Of a stretch of 63,385 nucleotides of DNA, positions 27,994 to 38,275 are shown one piece after another. This stretch comes from a virus: the IMG/VR virus record IMGVR_UViG_3300046533_000294, positions 1 to 63,385 of that record; one strand, 5' to 3'. Each line of letters opens with the position of its first letter. Position 1 is the stretch's first letter. The notes beneath the pieces were generated by a model that ran no database searches, had not been told where the DNA came from, and saw only the letters and a list, made by a program, of their open reading frames with translations. The translations under genes and the position numbers were made by a program.

Positions 27994-30209
27994 TGGCCTT
28001 CTCTCCTCCCAAAGGTGGCGGCGGTGCTACGCCAGCGCCTCCCAAGACGACTGTTCCTCTCAGCCCTAATTCGCCGGTGGATCGTGGCGCAGGAAACAAG
28101 CCAGCCGATAGCTGGGGCATGGCGACGGACATCGGTGATCTTTGGGTCTGGGTCGAGGGCAACAAAGTCGAGAACATCCGGGAGCGCGTGATCGCCGACG
28201 GAGCCAAGATCAAGCTCACGATCGACGGCGCGCATACCGTGACAATCTCGCTGGACGACTACGACCGGAAGATCCTACGAGGCAAGAACATCATTCGCCA
28301 CAAGTCGCAGGTCTTTCTCCAGAGCCGCTGGTGGACGCTCGTGCAGGGATCGAAGAATGGCGACCAGCTCGATCTCACTTTCGAGGATGCCCACACCGCC
28401 AACCTGCGCACGTACGGCAAGCTGCTCCTACTCCCGAAGACTTGGGGCAGCCGATGCCAGTTCATCTGGCGCCTCGTTCTGGAAGCAGCCGCTACCGACA
28501 AGAGTCTCAACTACGAGGCTCCATGCGCCGGAAAGAATATCCCACAGAAATTGATCAACTCTGTTCTCGGACTACAGACGCCTAGCTCACCTTACATCCG
28601 TGACCCATACGTCTCGGTGAAGCCAGCGACTAAGAAGACCATCTACGTTGATGGTGTTCCGGCGAACTCTGCACAGATCGACATCATCAACACGATCATG
28701 GATGTCTGCTCCTCGATGAACGTCCGGCGTAAGGTCGCGGTCACCGTCATCATGATCGGGATCCACGAGTCCACTCTACGCAATTTGGAGTTTTCCCAGA
28801 GCCCCGTGAGCATTCTGACCGGACACCCGCATCGAGGAGTCTGGCAGCAAGATCCGTTCTACTGGCCCGCGAGCGGCAATGTGCGCACGGACGCGATCGG
28901 TGATGGAACGCACAAGGGGGCGGTCGCGGCGTGTAACGCGGTAGACAAGCAGTATCAGAATGTCTCGGTGAACGAGCTGGCTAACCGAACGCAGGTTGTG
29001 AGCGGATACGACTTCTTTGGTAGGGGTGGCGAGTTCCGCATCGAGGCCGAGCGCATTGTTACTGCCTGGGGCTGGTCGGGAGGCGACATCACGACTACGC
29101 TGCCCAAGAGCCAGCAGCCAAAGAGTGGTACGGCCATCACGGCTGGAGCAGGCGGGCAGCCATTCGGCAAGGTGCCGGATATTCCTCCGACCTTCCTGAC
29201 GGCCGGCAGCAGCGGAGGCACTAACTCTCAATGGCATCGTGGTGCGCCCCGATCAAAGAAGGGCGTACGCCGGTTCGAGAACGAGAACAGCTGGACATGT
29301 ATCCAGCGGATGGCGAGCGAGGTCAACTGGTACGCTTTCATGTTGGGTGACTATCTCGTGTTCGCTCCGGGCGATTGGCTCTTTGCCAAGCCGGTGGACT
29401 TTACCTTCAAGGAGTTTGAGCAGGGCGTTAGTTACATCGACTTCGACTACGATGTCAACAAGATGAACGCTACATGCACAATACACACTCGGATCGAGGA
29501 ATGGCCAGTCGATCCTGGTAACGTCATCAAGCTCGAAGACATGGGCATCGTGGATGGCGACTGGCTGGTGAGCGCGTACGAGCGCAGCTTGTTCAGCCAT
29601 GAAGTCACCGTTACCTGCATCAAGCCCAAGCCGAAGTTCCCCGAGCCGACTACCACTAGCAATATCTTCCAGCCTGGCACTACCACCGGTGGCGAGGTTG
29701 TCCCACCGGCCACAAGCCCGATCGTCGGCGACGACATTCGTCACTCGATCGCTGCTTGGGCGGTCAGCGGGGCGAAGGGCCCACCGCCATACTACCGCTC
29801 ACCTTCAGATCCCATCAACAAGAAGCCCGGTTTCTGGCCGGAGAGGATGGACTGTTCCGGGTTTGTCATCCAGTGTTACTGCTGGGGCAGCAAGCTCAAG
29901 GAGAAGTACGATCCCTGCCAGAACAACTGGGGTGGAGGAAGCACTGCGACTATGTATCCCAATGGCAGAACGATCCCCCAGGGCCAGGCGCAGATGGCCG
30001 ACGTGGTCATCTGGTCGAACGGCCCTGCTGTCGGAGGCGATCACGAGCACACGGCTGTCTTCATCGAAGACTGGAATGGGACTGCGACTAAGATGATTAG
30101 TCATGGTGGAAGCACGCCAGGGCCATCCCAGACTACCTTCGGCGACGAGAACGACTGGCAGATCCTCCATCACAGTGCCAGACCAACCGTCAAGAACTAC
30201 ATCGACTAA
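27993..30209 (+). CDS. Baseplate hub protein with inserted lysozyme-like and C-terminal NlpC/P60 domains
   Basis: gpD-like ENSWTCIQRMASE...DGDWLV; IHESTLRNL...GVWQQ; MDCSGFV...HTAVF. Confidence 0.75.
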   Translation: MAFSPPKGGGGATPAPPKTTVPLSPNSPVDRGAGNKPADSWGMATDIGDLWVWVEGNKVENIRERVIADGAKIKLTIDGAHTVTISLDDYDRKILRGKNIIRHKSQVFLQSRWWTLVQGSKNGDQLDLTFEDAHTANLRTYGKLLLLPKTWGSRCQFIWRLVLEAAATDKSLNYEAPCAGKNIPQKLINSVLGLQTPSSPYIRDPYVSVKPATKKTIYVDGVPANSAQIDIINTIMDVCSSMNVRRKVAVTVIMIGIHESTLRNLEFSQSPVSILTGHPHRGVWQQDPFYWPASGNVRTDAIGDGTHKGAVAACNAVDKQYQNVSVNELANRTQVVSGYDFFGRGGEFRIEAERIVTAWGWSGGDITTTLPKSQQPKSGTAITAGAGGQPFGKVPDIPPTFLTAGSSGGTNSQWHRGAPRSKKGVRRFENENSWTCIQRMASEVNWYAFMLGDYLVFAPGDWLFAKPVDFTFKEFEQGVSYIDFDYDVNKMNATCTIHTRIEEWPVDPGNVIKLEDMGIVDGDWLVSAYERSLFSHEVTVTCIKPKPKFPEPTTTSNIFQPGTTTGGEVVPPATSPIVGDDIRHSIAAWAVSGAKGPPPYYRSPSDPINKKPGFWPERMDCSGFVIQCYCWGSKLKEKYDPCQNNWGGGSTATMYPNGRTIPQGQAQMADVVIWSNGPAVGGDHEHTAVFIEDWNGTATKMISHGGSTPGPSQTTFGDENDWQILHHSARPTVKNYID

Positions 30210-31093
30210 TGCCACAGACTCAACAACTCGTCGAGCTACTGAAGCCTGATAACCAGGAGACTATAGACTTCAGTGGTGCTTGGTACGCTGAAGTTGCAGT
30301 CGATGTCCAGGACTTTAGCGATCCAATGTGGGTACTCATTCCTGACTTCAGTGACACTCTTGTCTGGGGCCCATGCGTCTGGCAGAGCCGCGACGCGCAG
30401 AGTCTGCCGCACCAAGGAGATCTCGCGCTCGCGATCTACGACAACCGACGCAATATGTGGATCCCATGCTGGTGGCCTTTCACCGACAACACTAGCTCAG
30501 CGGTGCGCCCTCCGAACCCCAGCTCCAAGTATCCTCCCAGCACTGCTCCTCCGGCTAGTGGGATTCTCAAGTCGGTCGGCGGCCACCCGGTCGAGCAGAG
30601 AATCCAGAAGGGATCGGGCGAGGGTGGCGGGGCTGGAGTCCCAGTCACGTCATCGGTACAGCGCGGAGTCATCCACGACACCGAGGGTGCCGGCGACTAC
30701 AATGGGCAGATAGACTTCATGGCGTCGGCATACTTCCCCAACTTCGCGATCGGGACGGACAACGGACAAGTCCGCATCACTCAGTTCGAGCCGGTCGGTG
30801 TCTCATCCGACGCGACGGCAGCCCACGACTTCGAGATCATGTGTCAGATCGAGATCATCGCGCCGAGCGGAGCAGCGAACTACACGACAGGTCAGTGGCG
30901 CTCTTGGCTCACCCCGATCAAATCTGCTCTGCAAGGGCTGATGGGCAGCGTCGGCGTCCCGATGACGTACCGAGGCGCTCCAGCCAACCGAGGGCAGAAC
31001 TGGGCGCAGTCTGGCTGGTTCGGGCATATTGACGTTCCTGACAACGACCACACCGATCCGGGAACAGGTTTCCCATGGAGTGACTATCTATGA
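30209..31093 (+). CDS. Baseplate spike-like N-domain fused to an amidase_2-like domain
   Basis: LPHQGDLAL (gpV OB-like); VIHDTEG...QIEI...GHIDVPDNDHTDPG Zn-amidase motifs. Confidence 0.75.
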   Translation: MPQTQQLVELLKPDNQETIDFSGAWYAEVAVDVQDFSDPMWVLIPDFSDTLVWGPCVWQSRDAQSLPHQGDLALAIYDNRRNMWIPCWWPFTDNTSSAVRPPNPSSKYPPSTAPPASGILKSVGGHPVEQRIQKGSGEGGGAGVPVTSSVQRGVIHDTEGAGDYNGQIDFMASAYFPNFAIGTDNGQVRITQFEPVGVSSDATAAHDFEIMCQIEIIAPSGAANYTTGQWRSWLTPIKSALQGLMGSVGVPMTYRGAPANRGQNWAQSGWFGHIDVPDNDHTDPGTGFPWSDYL

Positions 31094-31443
31094 GAAGTAA
31101 GGACGTACTGACTCCCCACATCTCGATTCCCTTCACGATGCTGGCCTGGGGAGTCGGCGGTGTGGACGTGAACGAGCAGGATACGCTGGATGATGTCTAC
31201 GACTGCGTACAAGCGGTCATCCGCTGCCCTGAGAACTGGCGGCCGGAGTTGATGGCGTTCGGAATCGCCGACCAGACGTTCACGCAGAACGAGATCGACC
31301 TAGGCGAGATCGCCGACAAAGTGAGCGTCTGGGAGCCTCGGTCGGAAGTTCTCTACGAGCAGGCCCTGAGCGGGATCACATTGCTGGATGACATCGTCAA
31401 GGCGAGAGTCGCTAGAATCCAGACTGGAGGCTCCAGTGCCTAG
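31090..31443 (+). CDS. Baseplate wedge protein (gp25/GPW-like)
   Basis: RPELMAFG, VWEPRS. Confidence 0.75.
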   Translation: MRSKDVLTPHISIPFTMLAWGVGGVDVNEQDTLDDVYDCVQAVIRCPENWRPELMAFGIADQTFTQNEIDLGEIADKVSVWEPRSEVLYEQALSGITLLDDIVKARVARIQTGGSSA

Positions 31444-32917
31444 TTATCTCAGCCCGCCTATCGAGACTGACCCGCAGATCCTGGCGCAGGACAGCTTCGA
31501 CTTCCTCCAAACGGAGTATCCTGGCTGGATCCCTGCCGAGGGCAACTTTGAAGTCTGGTTGATCGAGTGCATGGCCCGGATGATCGGGCAGCTCCGAGAC
31601 ATCACCAGCCTCGTACCTACGGCCATCTTCAAATACTTCGGTCAGACTTTGATGGGGATCGTCCCTGTCGAGGCGAGCAACGCGACCGGCTACACGACCT
31701 GGACGATGATTGACGATCTTGGCTACACGATCCCTGCCGGAACCCAGATCCAGATACGTGATGCCTCAGGCAACTACTACCCATTCGAGACCAACGTTGA
31801 CTACATCGTAGCTCCGGGCAACACCGTCACTGACACTGCTGCCGTAGGTATCACGGCCGTCTTCGAGGGCGCTGCTAGCTCCGGGCTCACCGGCGATGCT
31901 GAGCTTCTGGACATCCTCGCGTTCGTAGCTAGTGTGACCGTCGAGGGACAGACGATGGGCGGCCAGGATGGACAGACTGACGACGAATACCTTGACCACC
32001 TAGTTGAGCAGCTCCAGTTGATGGCTCCGCGTCCGATCCTCGCGCCGGACTTCGCCGCCATGGCCAAGAACATCGCTGGTGTCTGGCGAGCCGTCGCGAT
32101 CGACGGTCTGGTGCCTTCAGTTAACGAAGTCCAGCGTGTTGCTGTAGACGCTACCGCAGGGACTTTCACACTCACCTTCGGCGGGCAGACGACAGCGGCG
32201 CTAGCCTTCAACGTCACAGCGGCTGCTCTTCAGGCAGCACTAGCGGCGCTATCCAGCATCGGCCCCAACAACGTGGCGGTAACGGGTGGGCCTGGGAACG
32301 CAGGCGCGACGACACCATACAGCGTCACATTCATCGGCACACTAGCCGGAACCAACGTTGCCCAGATGACATCGAACGGGACGCTGCTGACGGGTGGAAC
32401 GACTCACACTGCCACAGTGACCACGGTGACTGCTGGAGTTGCGACTGCGTACAACGTCGAGCGGTATGTGTCTGTATTCCCGGTGGACGAGTTCGGGCAG
32501 CCAGTCGCCGGTAACGTCAGGACGACACTAGCGAGCTATCTCGACAGCCTGCGTGAAGTCAATTTCGTAGTCCCGGTGGTGGATCCGAAGTATCAGGAAT
32601 TTGATGTCCAGGTCGAAGTGGTAGCGAATCCTGGCACCGACAAGGTGGCGCTACAGGCTGCTGTTGTCGCTGCTCTTCAGAGTTATCTCGATCCATCCAA
32701 GTGGGGTGTGCCCCTGAACGACAGCACCGAGTGGCTGAACGATACGCACCTACGCTTCCTGGAAGTTGCCCAGGTCGTCAACAACGTGATCGGTGTCAAC
32801 TACATCGTCAACCTAACGACGGCGCTCCATAACGGATCGCCCAACGTCGTAGACATCGCTATGCCTGGCGACGTGGCCCTCCCGACTGCTGGCTCGATCG
32901 TGGTGACGGTGGACTAA
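31436..32917 (+). CDS. Baseplate J-like protein
   Basis: TIPAGT, GGQDGQTDDEY, DFAAMA..IAGVWRA; contains an inserted NEVQ..GTFTLTFGGQTT domain. Confidence 0.85.
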   Translation: MPSYLSPPIETDPQILAQDSFDFLQTEYPGWIPAEGNFEVWLIECMARMIGQLRDITSLVPTAIFKYFGQTLMGIVPVEASNATGYTTWTMIDDLGYTIPAGTQIQIRDASGNYYPFETNVDYIVAPGNTVTDTAAVGITAVFEGAASSGLTGDAELLDILAFVASVTVEGQTMGGQDGQTDDEYLDHLVEQLQLMAPRPILAPDFAAMAKNIAGVWRAVAIDGLVPSVNEVQRVAVDATAGTFTLTFGGQTTAALAFNVTAAALQAALAALSSIGPNNVAVTGGPGNAGATTPYSVTFIGTLAGTNVAQMTSNGTLLTGGTTHTATVTTVTAGVATAYNVERYVSVFPVDEFGQPVAGNVRTTLASYLDSLREVNFVVPVVDPKYQEFDVQVEVVANPGTDKVALQAAVVAALQSYLDPSKWGVPLNDSTEWLNDTHLRFLEVAQVVNNVIGVNYIVNLTTALHNGSPNVVDIAMPGDVALPTAGSIVVTVD

Positions 32918-34479
32918 TGCCGCCTGGAGCAGCCCCACAGACAGCGATTCTCGATGCCTTCAACCGTGCTGACTCGGGATCACTCGGGTCGGCTTGGTCA
33001 TCGCCTGCTCTGAGCGGAGAAAGTTCCCTCAAGATCGGTGGCAATAATGCTGTAGGATACATTGGGCAGAACATTCCTTGCTCTAGTTACTACAACACAT
33101 TATTGAATGCTGCTGGTGGCGCTGAGTGTTACATAGACCTAGCGAGTTTCACCGGAGGAGCCAACTTCCAGTTGATCTTTGGTCTTACCTCGGTAGGGAA
33201 TGGATGGCGCTTCGTCTGTGATCAGGCGAATGACATCTACCGGCTGAACCGAATGGTCGCCTCAGCGGACACGACGATCGCATCGAACAACGGAGGCACC
33301 TCAAACTGCACGAGACTCTGGGTGTACTTCGAGCCGTCCGGTACGACCGGCATGCAGATCTGGTGCTATGCATGGAACAACTCCACTGGTGCCTGGGTTC
33401 TGCAATGCAACTACACTGATACCTACTGGGGTGTCGTCAGTAATCAGTACTTTGGTTTGAGGATCTCAGGGAGCTATTCTGTAGCCCTAGACAACTTTGG
33501 TGGTGGCTCGCTCGGCGTCAGAGGGCAGGCAGCCCCAGCCGTCGCTACGGCGTCGGCCATCCCGGCGACGACGTTCAAATCTCTTTCAGGGATCGCTGTC
33601 CCGGCTGTTGCAACGGCCGCGTCACCGAGTGCTAGTCCAAGGATGGCCCCGGTAGCTGCGGCGGCTACCTCGACTGCGGGAGCGTTGCCAGCAAAGAGCA
33701 AGATGGTCGTCAACGCAACGTACGCTACGGCTACGGCGACATCGGCTGTCGCAACAGGATCGACTGTCATCCCAGTCTATCCGCCAATCAAGCCGCCGAC
33801 ACCTGCGCCACCACCGCCACCGCCAGATCCGCGAGACGTGCCGGCACTCGATGGGCCGTTCACGTACATCATGTACAACGCGATGCTGCCGCTCGCCTGG
33901 GCCGACGAGAGTCTTGGCTGGCCAATGCTGAACTTCTTCAAGTCGATCGCTTACACCGTCCATGAGCCGTATGCGCTGGCCGTCGATCCTGGCTGGCAGC
34001 TCGTCGTGGACATCAACAATGTGCCATCGAAGTTCCTGGACTGGCTGGCGCAGTTCGTAGGGATTCCGACGATCACGTTCACCAACCAGACGAATGATGT
34101 CAAGCGCGCCGAGATCCTCGACGCTCCAGGCTGGCATCGTGGAACGCGCGCTCGCATGGTCAAGGCCGCTCAGGCAACGCTGACAGGGAACCAGAACGTG
34201 TTTGTCTATGAGCGGTATGACCCCAACTTTCCCGGACAGGATCGAGCCTACCACATTACGTTCATCACCTACGCGAGTGAGACGCCTAGCTCAGCCAGCA
34301 CCCTCGCGGCTCTGACGGCAGCCAAGCCGGGTGGGCTCCAGATGACGCTGCTGTCGAGAGCCGGACAGATTTGGATGTGGTTCCGAGATCATTATCCGCC
34401 AACAACCTCGCGGACATGGGCGATTGCCAAGTCGGATTACGCCGACTGGGAACATGCCCGTGACGTGACCTACTACTAG
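32917..34479 (+). CDS. Baseplate/tail protein I-like with an N-terminal fibre-type domain
   Basis: C-terminal FLDWLAQFVG...HRGT (P2 gpI-like); N-terminal LDAFNRA...LDNFGGG paralogous to 15256. Confidence 0.75.
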   Translation: MPPGAAPQTAILDAFNRADSGSLGSAWSSPALSGESSLKIGGNNAVGYIGQNIPCSSYYNTLLNAAGGAECYIDLASFTGGANFQLIFGLTSVGNGWRFVCDQANDIYRLNRMVASADTTIASNNGGTSNCTRLWVYFEPSGTTGMQIWCYAWNNSTGAWVLQCNYTDTYWGVVSNQYFGLRISGSYSVALDNFGGGSLGVRGQAAPAVATASAIPATTFKSLSGIAVPAVATAASPSASPRMAPVAAAATSTAGALPAKSKMVVNATYATATATSAVATGSTVIPVYPPIKPPTPAPPPPPPDPRDVPALDGPFTYIMYNAMLPLAWADESLGWPMLNFFKSIAYTVHEPYALAVDPGWQLVVDINNVPSKFLDWLAQFVGIPTITFTNQTNDVKRAEILDAPGWHRGTRARMVKAAQATLTGNQNVFVYERYDPNFPGQDRAYHITFITYASETPSSASTLAALTAAKPGGLQMTLLSRAGQIWMWFRDHYPPTTSRTWAIAKSDYADWEHARDVTYY

Positions 34480-34487
34480 GAGGGACA

Positions 34488-35702
34488 GTGGGATCAGTTA
34501 CAACTCGACTCCAGCTGCCCTACCCCGCGCTGACTGACACGGCAGACGGGCCAGCGGCGTTCCAGGCGCTCGCGGTCGCACTCGATAAGGCTGCCATCGA
34601 TGATCAGGGTGCGTTCAGCGCGAGGCCGGTCAGCACGCCAGGTCAGCCAGGCATCAAAGGACGCTATTACTGGGCTACCGACCAGGCAATTCTCTACCGC
34701 GACAATGGCACAGGTTACGACCCTGTCACGATCTCTGCGCCGGTGGATGGTGACCCGGACGTTCCCAGCTTGCGCACGATGGGCCCAGGCAGTCACCAGG
34801 CATGCGCAGGCGACGATCCCCGGCTGAGCGACCAGCGGACTCCGCTCGACAATTCCGTCACCGGCCCAAAGGTTCACACAAGCTTGAAGCCGTCAGGTGG
34901 CGCTGCTGCCTCGACTGAGGCGCTGCGCGCTCTCGGCTCGGATGCGGGCCTAGCCGCTCCGGGACAGCACGCGACGTACCATCGGCCATCCTTCAACGGC
35001 GGCGTGTCCCCGATCGACTACACGCTCGTCAATTTGTTCGGTACAAAGAACCAGAGAGTGCTGCGCGATCCAACAACAGCACCAAGCCTAACCTGGTACG
35101 AGACGGACACCGGCGACTTCTACATCTCAAACAGCACAATATGGATCCGTATCCATCAGGCTGCGATTCAGGGGCCGTCGTACTTGCCCATCGCCAACTT
35201 TCCTCCGGCTGGATCGACAGACGGGCAGGAAGTCTATATCATCATAGACCAGCGTACCATCTGGCACGTCCGCTACGACGCGGCTGAGCCCAGCCAGTAC
35301 AAGTGGAAGTGCATCGGTCGTCAGGAGCCAATGTACGCAAACGCATCTGGTGCTATCCCTCTACCTGCTAGTCCTGCGGCGGTATGTCAGGTTCAGCTGC
35401 CGCGCTCAGGCGAGTACCGGCTAGAAGCAGGTGGTGTATTCGATCGGCCGGCATCGGCAGTAGGCGGAACACATCTCAATCTCTACACCGGCATCGGTGG
35501 AGTCCAGGGAATCGGCGGTGAGGGCTGGCTGGACGCGACCAATGGCCATACAGCGCAGACAGTTGAAGTTGCGAACGATTACGCCCCGGCCGCCACTGCA
35601 CAGTCGGCTGCCACATTCGCCTACGGTGCCAACAATGACCCCAGCAGCCCCGTCAACGTCATTAAGGCTTGGCTGAAGGCGTTCCCCATGAGGCTCTCGT
35701 GA
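34488..35702 (+). CDS. Tail fibre protein
   Basis: TTRLQLPYP N-terminus, GDDPRLSDQRTP motif; position after the baseplate genes. Confidence 0.75.
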   Translation: MGSVTTRLQLPYPALTDTADGPAAFQALAVALDKAAIDDQGAFSARPVSTPGQPGIKGRYYWATDQAILYRDNGTGYDPVTISAPVDGDPDVPSLRTMGPGSHQACAGDDPRLSDQRTPLDNSVTGPKVHTSLKPSGGAAASTEALRALGSDAGLAAPGQHATYHRPSFNGGVSPIDYTLVNLFGTKNQRVLRDPTTAPSLTWYETDTGDFYISNSTIWIRIHQAAIQGPSYLPIANFPPAGSTDGQEVYIIIDQRTIWHVRYDAAEPSQYKWKCIGRQEPMYANASGAIPLPASPAAVCQVQLPRSGEYRLEAGGVFDRPASAVGGTHLNLYTGIGGVQGIGGEGWLDATNGHTAQTVEVANDYAPAATAQSAATFAYGANNDPSSPVNVIKAWLKAFPMRLS

Positions 35703-35944
35703 ACGACGTTCAACCGCCCGAGGATAACCCCAACAGGGCAGAGCGTGCAGCTGACGCGGCTAGTGGTGGTGGAATTGGCATCCTAGTCGTCTGGATCGCG
35801 TCTCTGTTTGGTGCTGAGCTTCCGCCAGCTGCGGCAGCGACGCTGACAACCTTCATTATTATTCTAGCAGCCGCTCTTGGAAGGAACGGTATCCGAGGAA
35901 TAGCGGTCAAGCTCTGGCGCGGTGCAAACGGAGACAGCAAATAG
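35699..35944 (+). CDS. Holin-like membrane protein
   Basis: Two hydrophobic helices, basic C-terminus; last gene of the late operon. Confidence 0.6.
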   Translation: MNDVQPPEDNPNRAERAADAASGGGIGILVVWIASLFGAELPPAAAATLTTFIIILAAALGRNGIRGIAVKLWRGANGDSK

Positions 35945-36424
35945 TTATCGCATCGCGTACGCCATTTGGGTCAGCTCATTCGAGAGTCGAGTGACTGCCG
36001 ATTTGGCGTACGCGGTGTCGGGTTTCTTGAGTCCCCAAGTGGCGATGTAGATGCGGCGAGCCGACAGATAGCTCTCCTGTTCCTCCCACCACTTGTCCCA
36101 GATCAGGCTCGCGCCCTCCACCTTGTCCTCATCGGTGATCGGCCGCCAGCCTACCTTACTTGAGTCCTTCGCGCTCCACCCGGCCAGGGATTGTCGCAGG
36201 ACGTGGATTGTCCGCTTGCACCGGCGCTTGTCTGCCGCTAGCTCGTCGGACGTTGCGTCACCGCCCAGTCGGCGGGGGATGTCGAAAGCCACCAAGATGC
36301 GACAGGCAGCCGTCTGGATCCGCGCGATCTCCTCGCTCGCGAAGGAATCGCTATTGAGATCGGTGTCTACGTCTAGGCCCGGCTCGAACCACGTCTCTAG
36401 GAACATTGCTGCAGCCTCCTGCAA
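35945..36424 (-). CDS. Hypothetical protein
   Basis: ORF converging on the holin; upstream GAAGGA. Confidence 0.6.
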   Translation of the reverse strand: MQEAAAMFLETWFEPGLDVDTDLNSDSFASEEIARIQTAACRILVAFDIPRRLGGDATSDELAADKRRCKRTIHVLRQSLAGWSAKDSSKVGWRPITDEDKVEGASLIWDKWWEEQESYLSARRIYIATWGLKKPDTAYAKSAVTRLSNELTQMAYAMR

Positions 36425-36510
36425 TCCTTCGAGGGATAGGATGAACTCCGACCTGGGTTAGCACCTACGAGGGATTGCATGGCCATGCAGCAAAGCCGGG
36501 GGCGCACCGA

Positions 36511-36948
36511 CTATTCCTCCGCTCCGCAGCCCCGGTAGGACATCCAGGCCTGCCACCGCTCCTGCGACCAGGTGGGATTCGGGATCACGTGGATCTCGTT
36601 CCCGAGCACGTACGACATGTCCAATGCCGTCAGGATCTTGTCGGCAATACTCAGGTTCGTGCACCTGAACTGGCTCATCAAGATCCTGCGAACGATTCTG
36701 TCATCGATCCCTGCTAGCTCGGCAACGACTGACGTGAAGGAATACTGCGCTCTGTGGCTGTACTCATCAATGTGGTAAGCATCCCACTCGTCGGCGACCC
36801 GACGGAGGACTGATGCTAGCTCCTCCGTCGGGACAACCTGAGGATCGGACTGGGTATAGTTGGGCTCCCACCCAGCCTCCAGCTGCTGCCGAATACGTCG
36901 GACGCGGTGGTAGTAAGCAGACCCGTGCTTGTACCCGTCCTCGCTCAC
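36511..36948 (-). CDS. Putative HTH DNA-binding protein
   Basis: VAELAGIDDRIVRRIL...IADKIL (XRE-like); GTGA overlap with the thyX stop. Confidence 0.55.
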   Translation of the reverse strand: MSEDGYKHGSAYYHRVRRIRQQLEAGWEPNYTQSDPQVVPTEELASVLRRVADEWDAYHIDEYSHRAQYSFTSVVAELAGIDDRIVRRILMSQFRCTNLSIADKILTALDMSYVLGNEIHVIPNPTWSQERWQAWMSYRGCGAEE

Positions 36949-37853
36949 AGGATGCGCAGCTCCTTCTTGGGCTTGAAGCGCCGGTTCTCCTCGATCGCGT
37001 AGGGGAAGTCGCATTGACCCTCGACCTGCTCCCAGCCCTGGAACTCGCACATCTTGGTCTTCTCGCAGGTGATCTTGATGTAGGGCTCCAGCCAGGGGTG
37101 GGCCTCGACTAGCAGCCTACCCATCTCCCGGAAGCAGTACACGATTTCGTGCTGGAACATCGTACACGCCCGGTAGGCGTAGGTGGCAATGAACTCCCGA
37201 AGCGGATACTCGCACTGGATGTAGTTAGTGGTGCCTTCCGGCAGGATATAGCGAGCGTCCTGATAGCTCACGTCGTGGATACAGGCGACCCGATACGCCT
37301 CATGCGCCGCCGCGAGTGCCTTCAGGTAGGCGTCACGGACAGGGATAGGCGCTCGCCAGATTGACTCTGGCATCCGGGCCTGGGGCTGCGTCCCGTACCA
37401 CGTAGCTCGCTGGCTCTGTTGGTGGAACCCAGCCTTGCGCGTCCGTACGAGCTGGTGAGTACAGCATCGGGACACGCCAGTGATCTCAAAGACGACAACC
37501 TGGGTCTCAAGGGAGGCTTGTAGACCTCCCTTGAGCATTTCGTCCCAGTCCGCCATCTCACCAGGATTGTCGATGTCGAGCCCCGTGGTCGCCCTGAGCG
37601 CACGGCTCTGAACAGCACGGAAGTCTTCCTCGTTGATCCCTTGCACGAGACGCACCTGGATGTCGTCTACGCCGACCGAGATACGACCGTTGTCGAACGG
37701 ACTGTTGTGAGTCCCTTCCCTGTTCTTGGAGTGGCGGTTGAATGCCACGTCCCTGCCCAGAGGAGTCTCGTGGTAGTCCATCGACGCCCGGCTCGGATGG
37801 TAGTAGGCGTACTCCTGGTCAACTGTCTCGATATAGATGAGATGCGGATCCAT
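36945..37853 (-). CDS. thyX: ThyX-family flavin-dependent thymidylate synthase (divergent)
   Basis: FEITGVSRCCTHQLVRTRKAGFHQQSQR, QDARYILP, R.C..FQHEI; start at MDPHL after GAAGGG. Confidence 0.85.
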   Translation of the reverse strand: MDPHLIYIETVDQEYAYYHPSRASMDYHETPLGRDVAFNRHSKNREGTHNSPFDNGRISVGVDDIQVRLVQGINEEDFRAVQSRALRATTGLDIDNPGEMADWDEMLKGGLQASLETQVVVFEITGVSRCCTHQLVRTRKAGFHQQSQRATWYGTQPQARMPESIWRAPIPVRDAYLKALAAAHEAYRVACIHDVSYQDARYILPEGTTNYIQCEYPLREFIATYAYRACTMFQHEIVYCFREMGRLLVEAHPWLEPYIKITCEKTKMCEFQGWEQVEGQCDFPYAIEENRRFKPKKELRIL

Positions 37854-37855
37854 CG

Positions 37856-38254
37856 CTAACCCTTCTGGCTGACGATGTTCTTGCCTGCCTTCGACTTTAG
37901 GAAAGCAGATTGCCCTTTCGGATCGAGCTTCTTGGGCGCGACCCTCTTGATTGCTGTTGCAGGCGTGGCCATGAGTCGGACAGCAGCCTTGCGTGCTTTG
38001 CTGTCCACTGCTGCCGTCTGCTCGACGCCACCGAAGCCGATGTACGTCTCGCCCTTCTTGTACATCTGCCCCTTGACGCGGGGCGCGGTGTACCGCCAAG
38101 AGATCTTGCAGATTCCCGGTAGGCTGAAGTCGTAGCCGTCGGAGATCTCCTCTTCTGCGATCTGCGCGAGCGCATCCATTACGCTCTTGGACAACCCCGG
38201 CTTGACGCCGGTCAGCTCCTCGACGGCTTGTGCCAGCTCTGTCTTAGACAGCAC
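37856..38254 (-). CDS. HU/IHF-like DNA-binding protein
   Basis: LSKTELAQAV...FSLPGICKI HU fold pattern. Confidence 0.75.
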   Translation of the reverse strand: MLSKTELAQAVEELTGVKPGLSKSVMDALAQIAEEEISDGYDFSLPGICKISWRYTAPRVKGQMYKKGETYIGFGGVEQTAAVDSKARKAAVRLMATPATAIKRVAPKKLDPKGQSAFLKSKAGKNIVSQKG

Positions 38255-38275
38255 TTTGCTCCCTTCTCGTTGCTT

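Noticed and set aside
36945-38099. 384-aa extended ThyX ORF
   Set aside because: The extension overlaps the HU-like gene in another frame; the SD-supported start is 37853.
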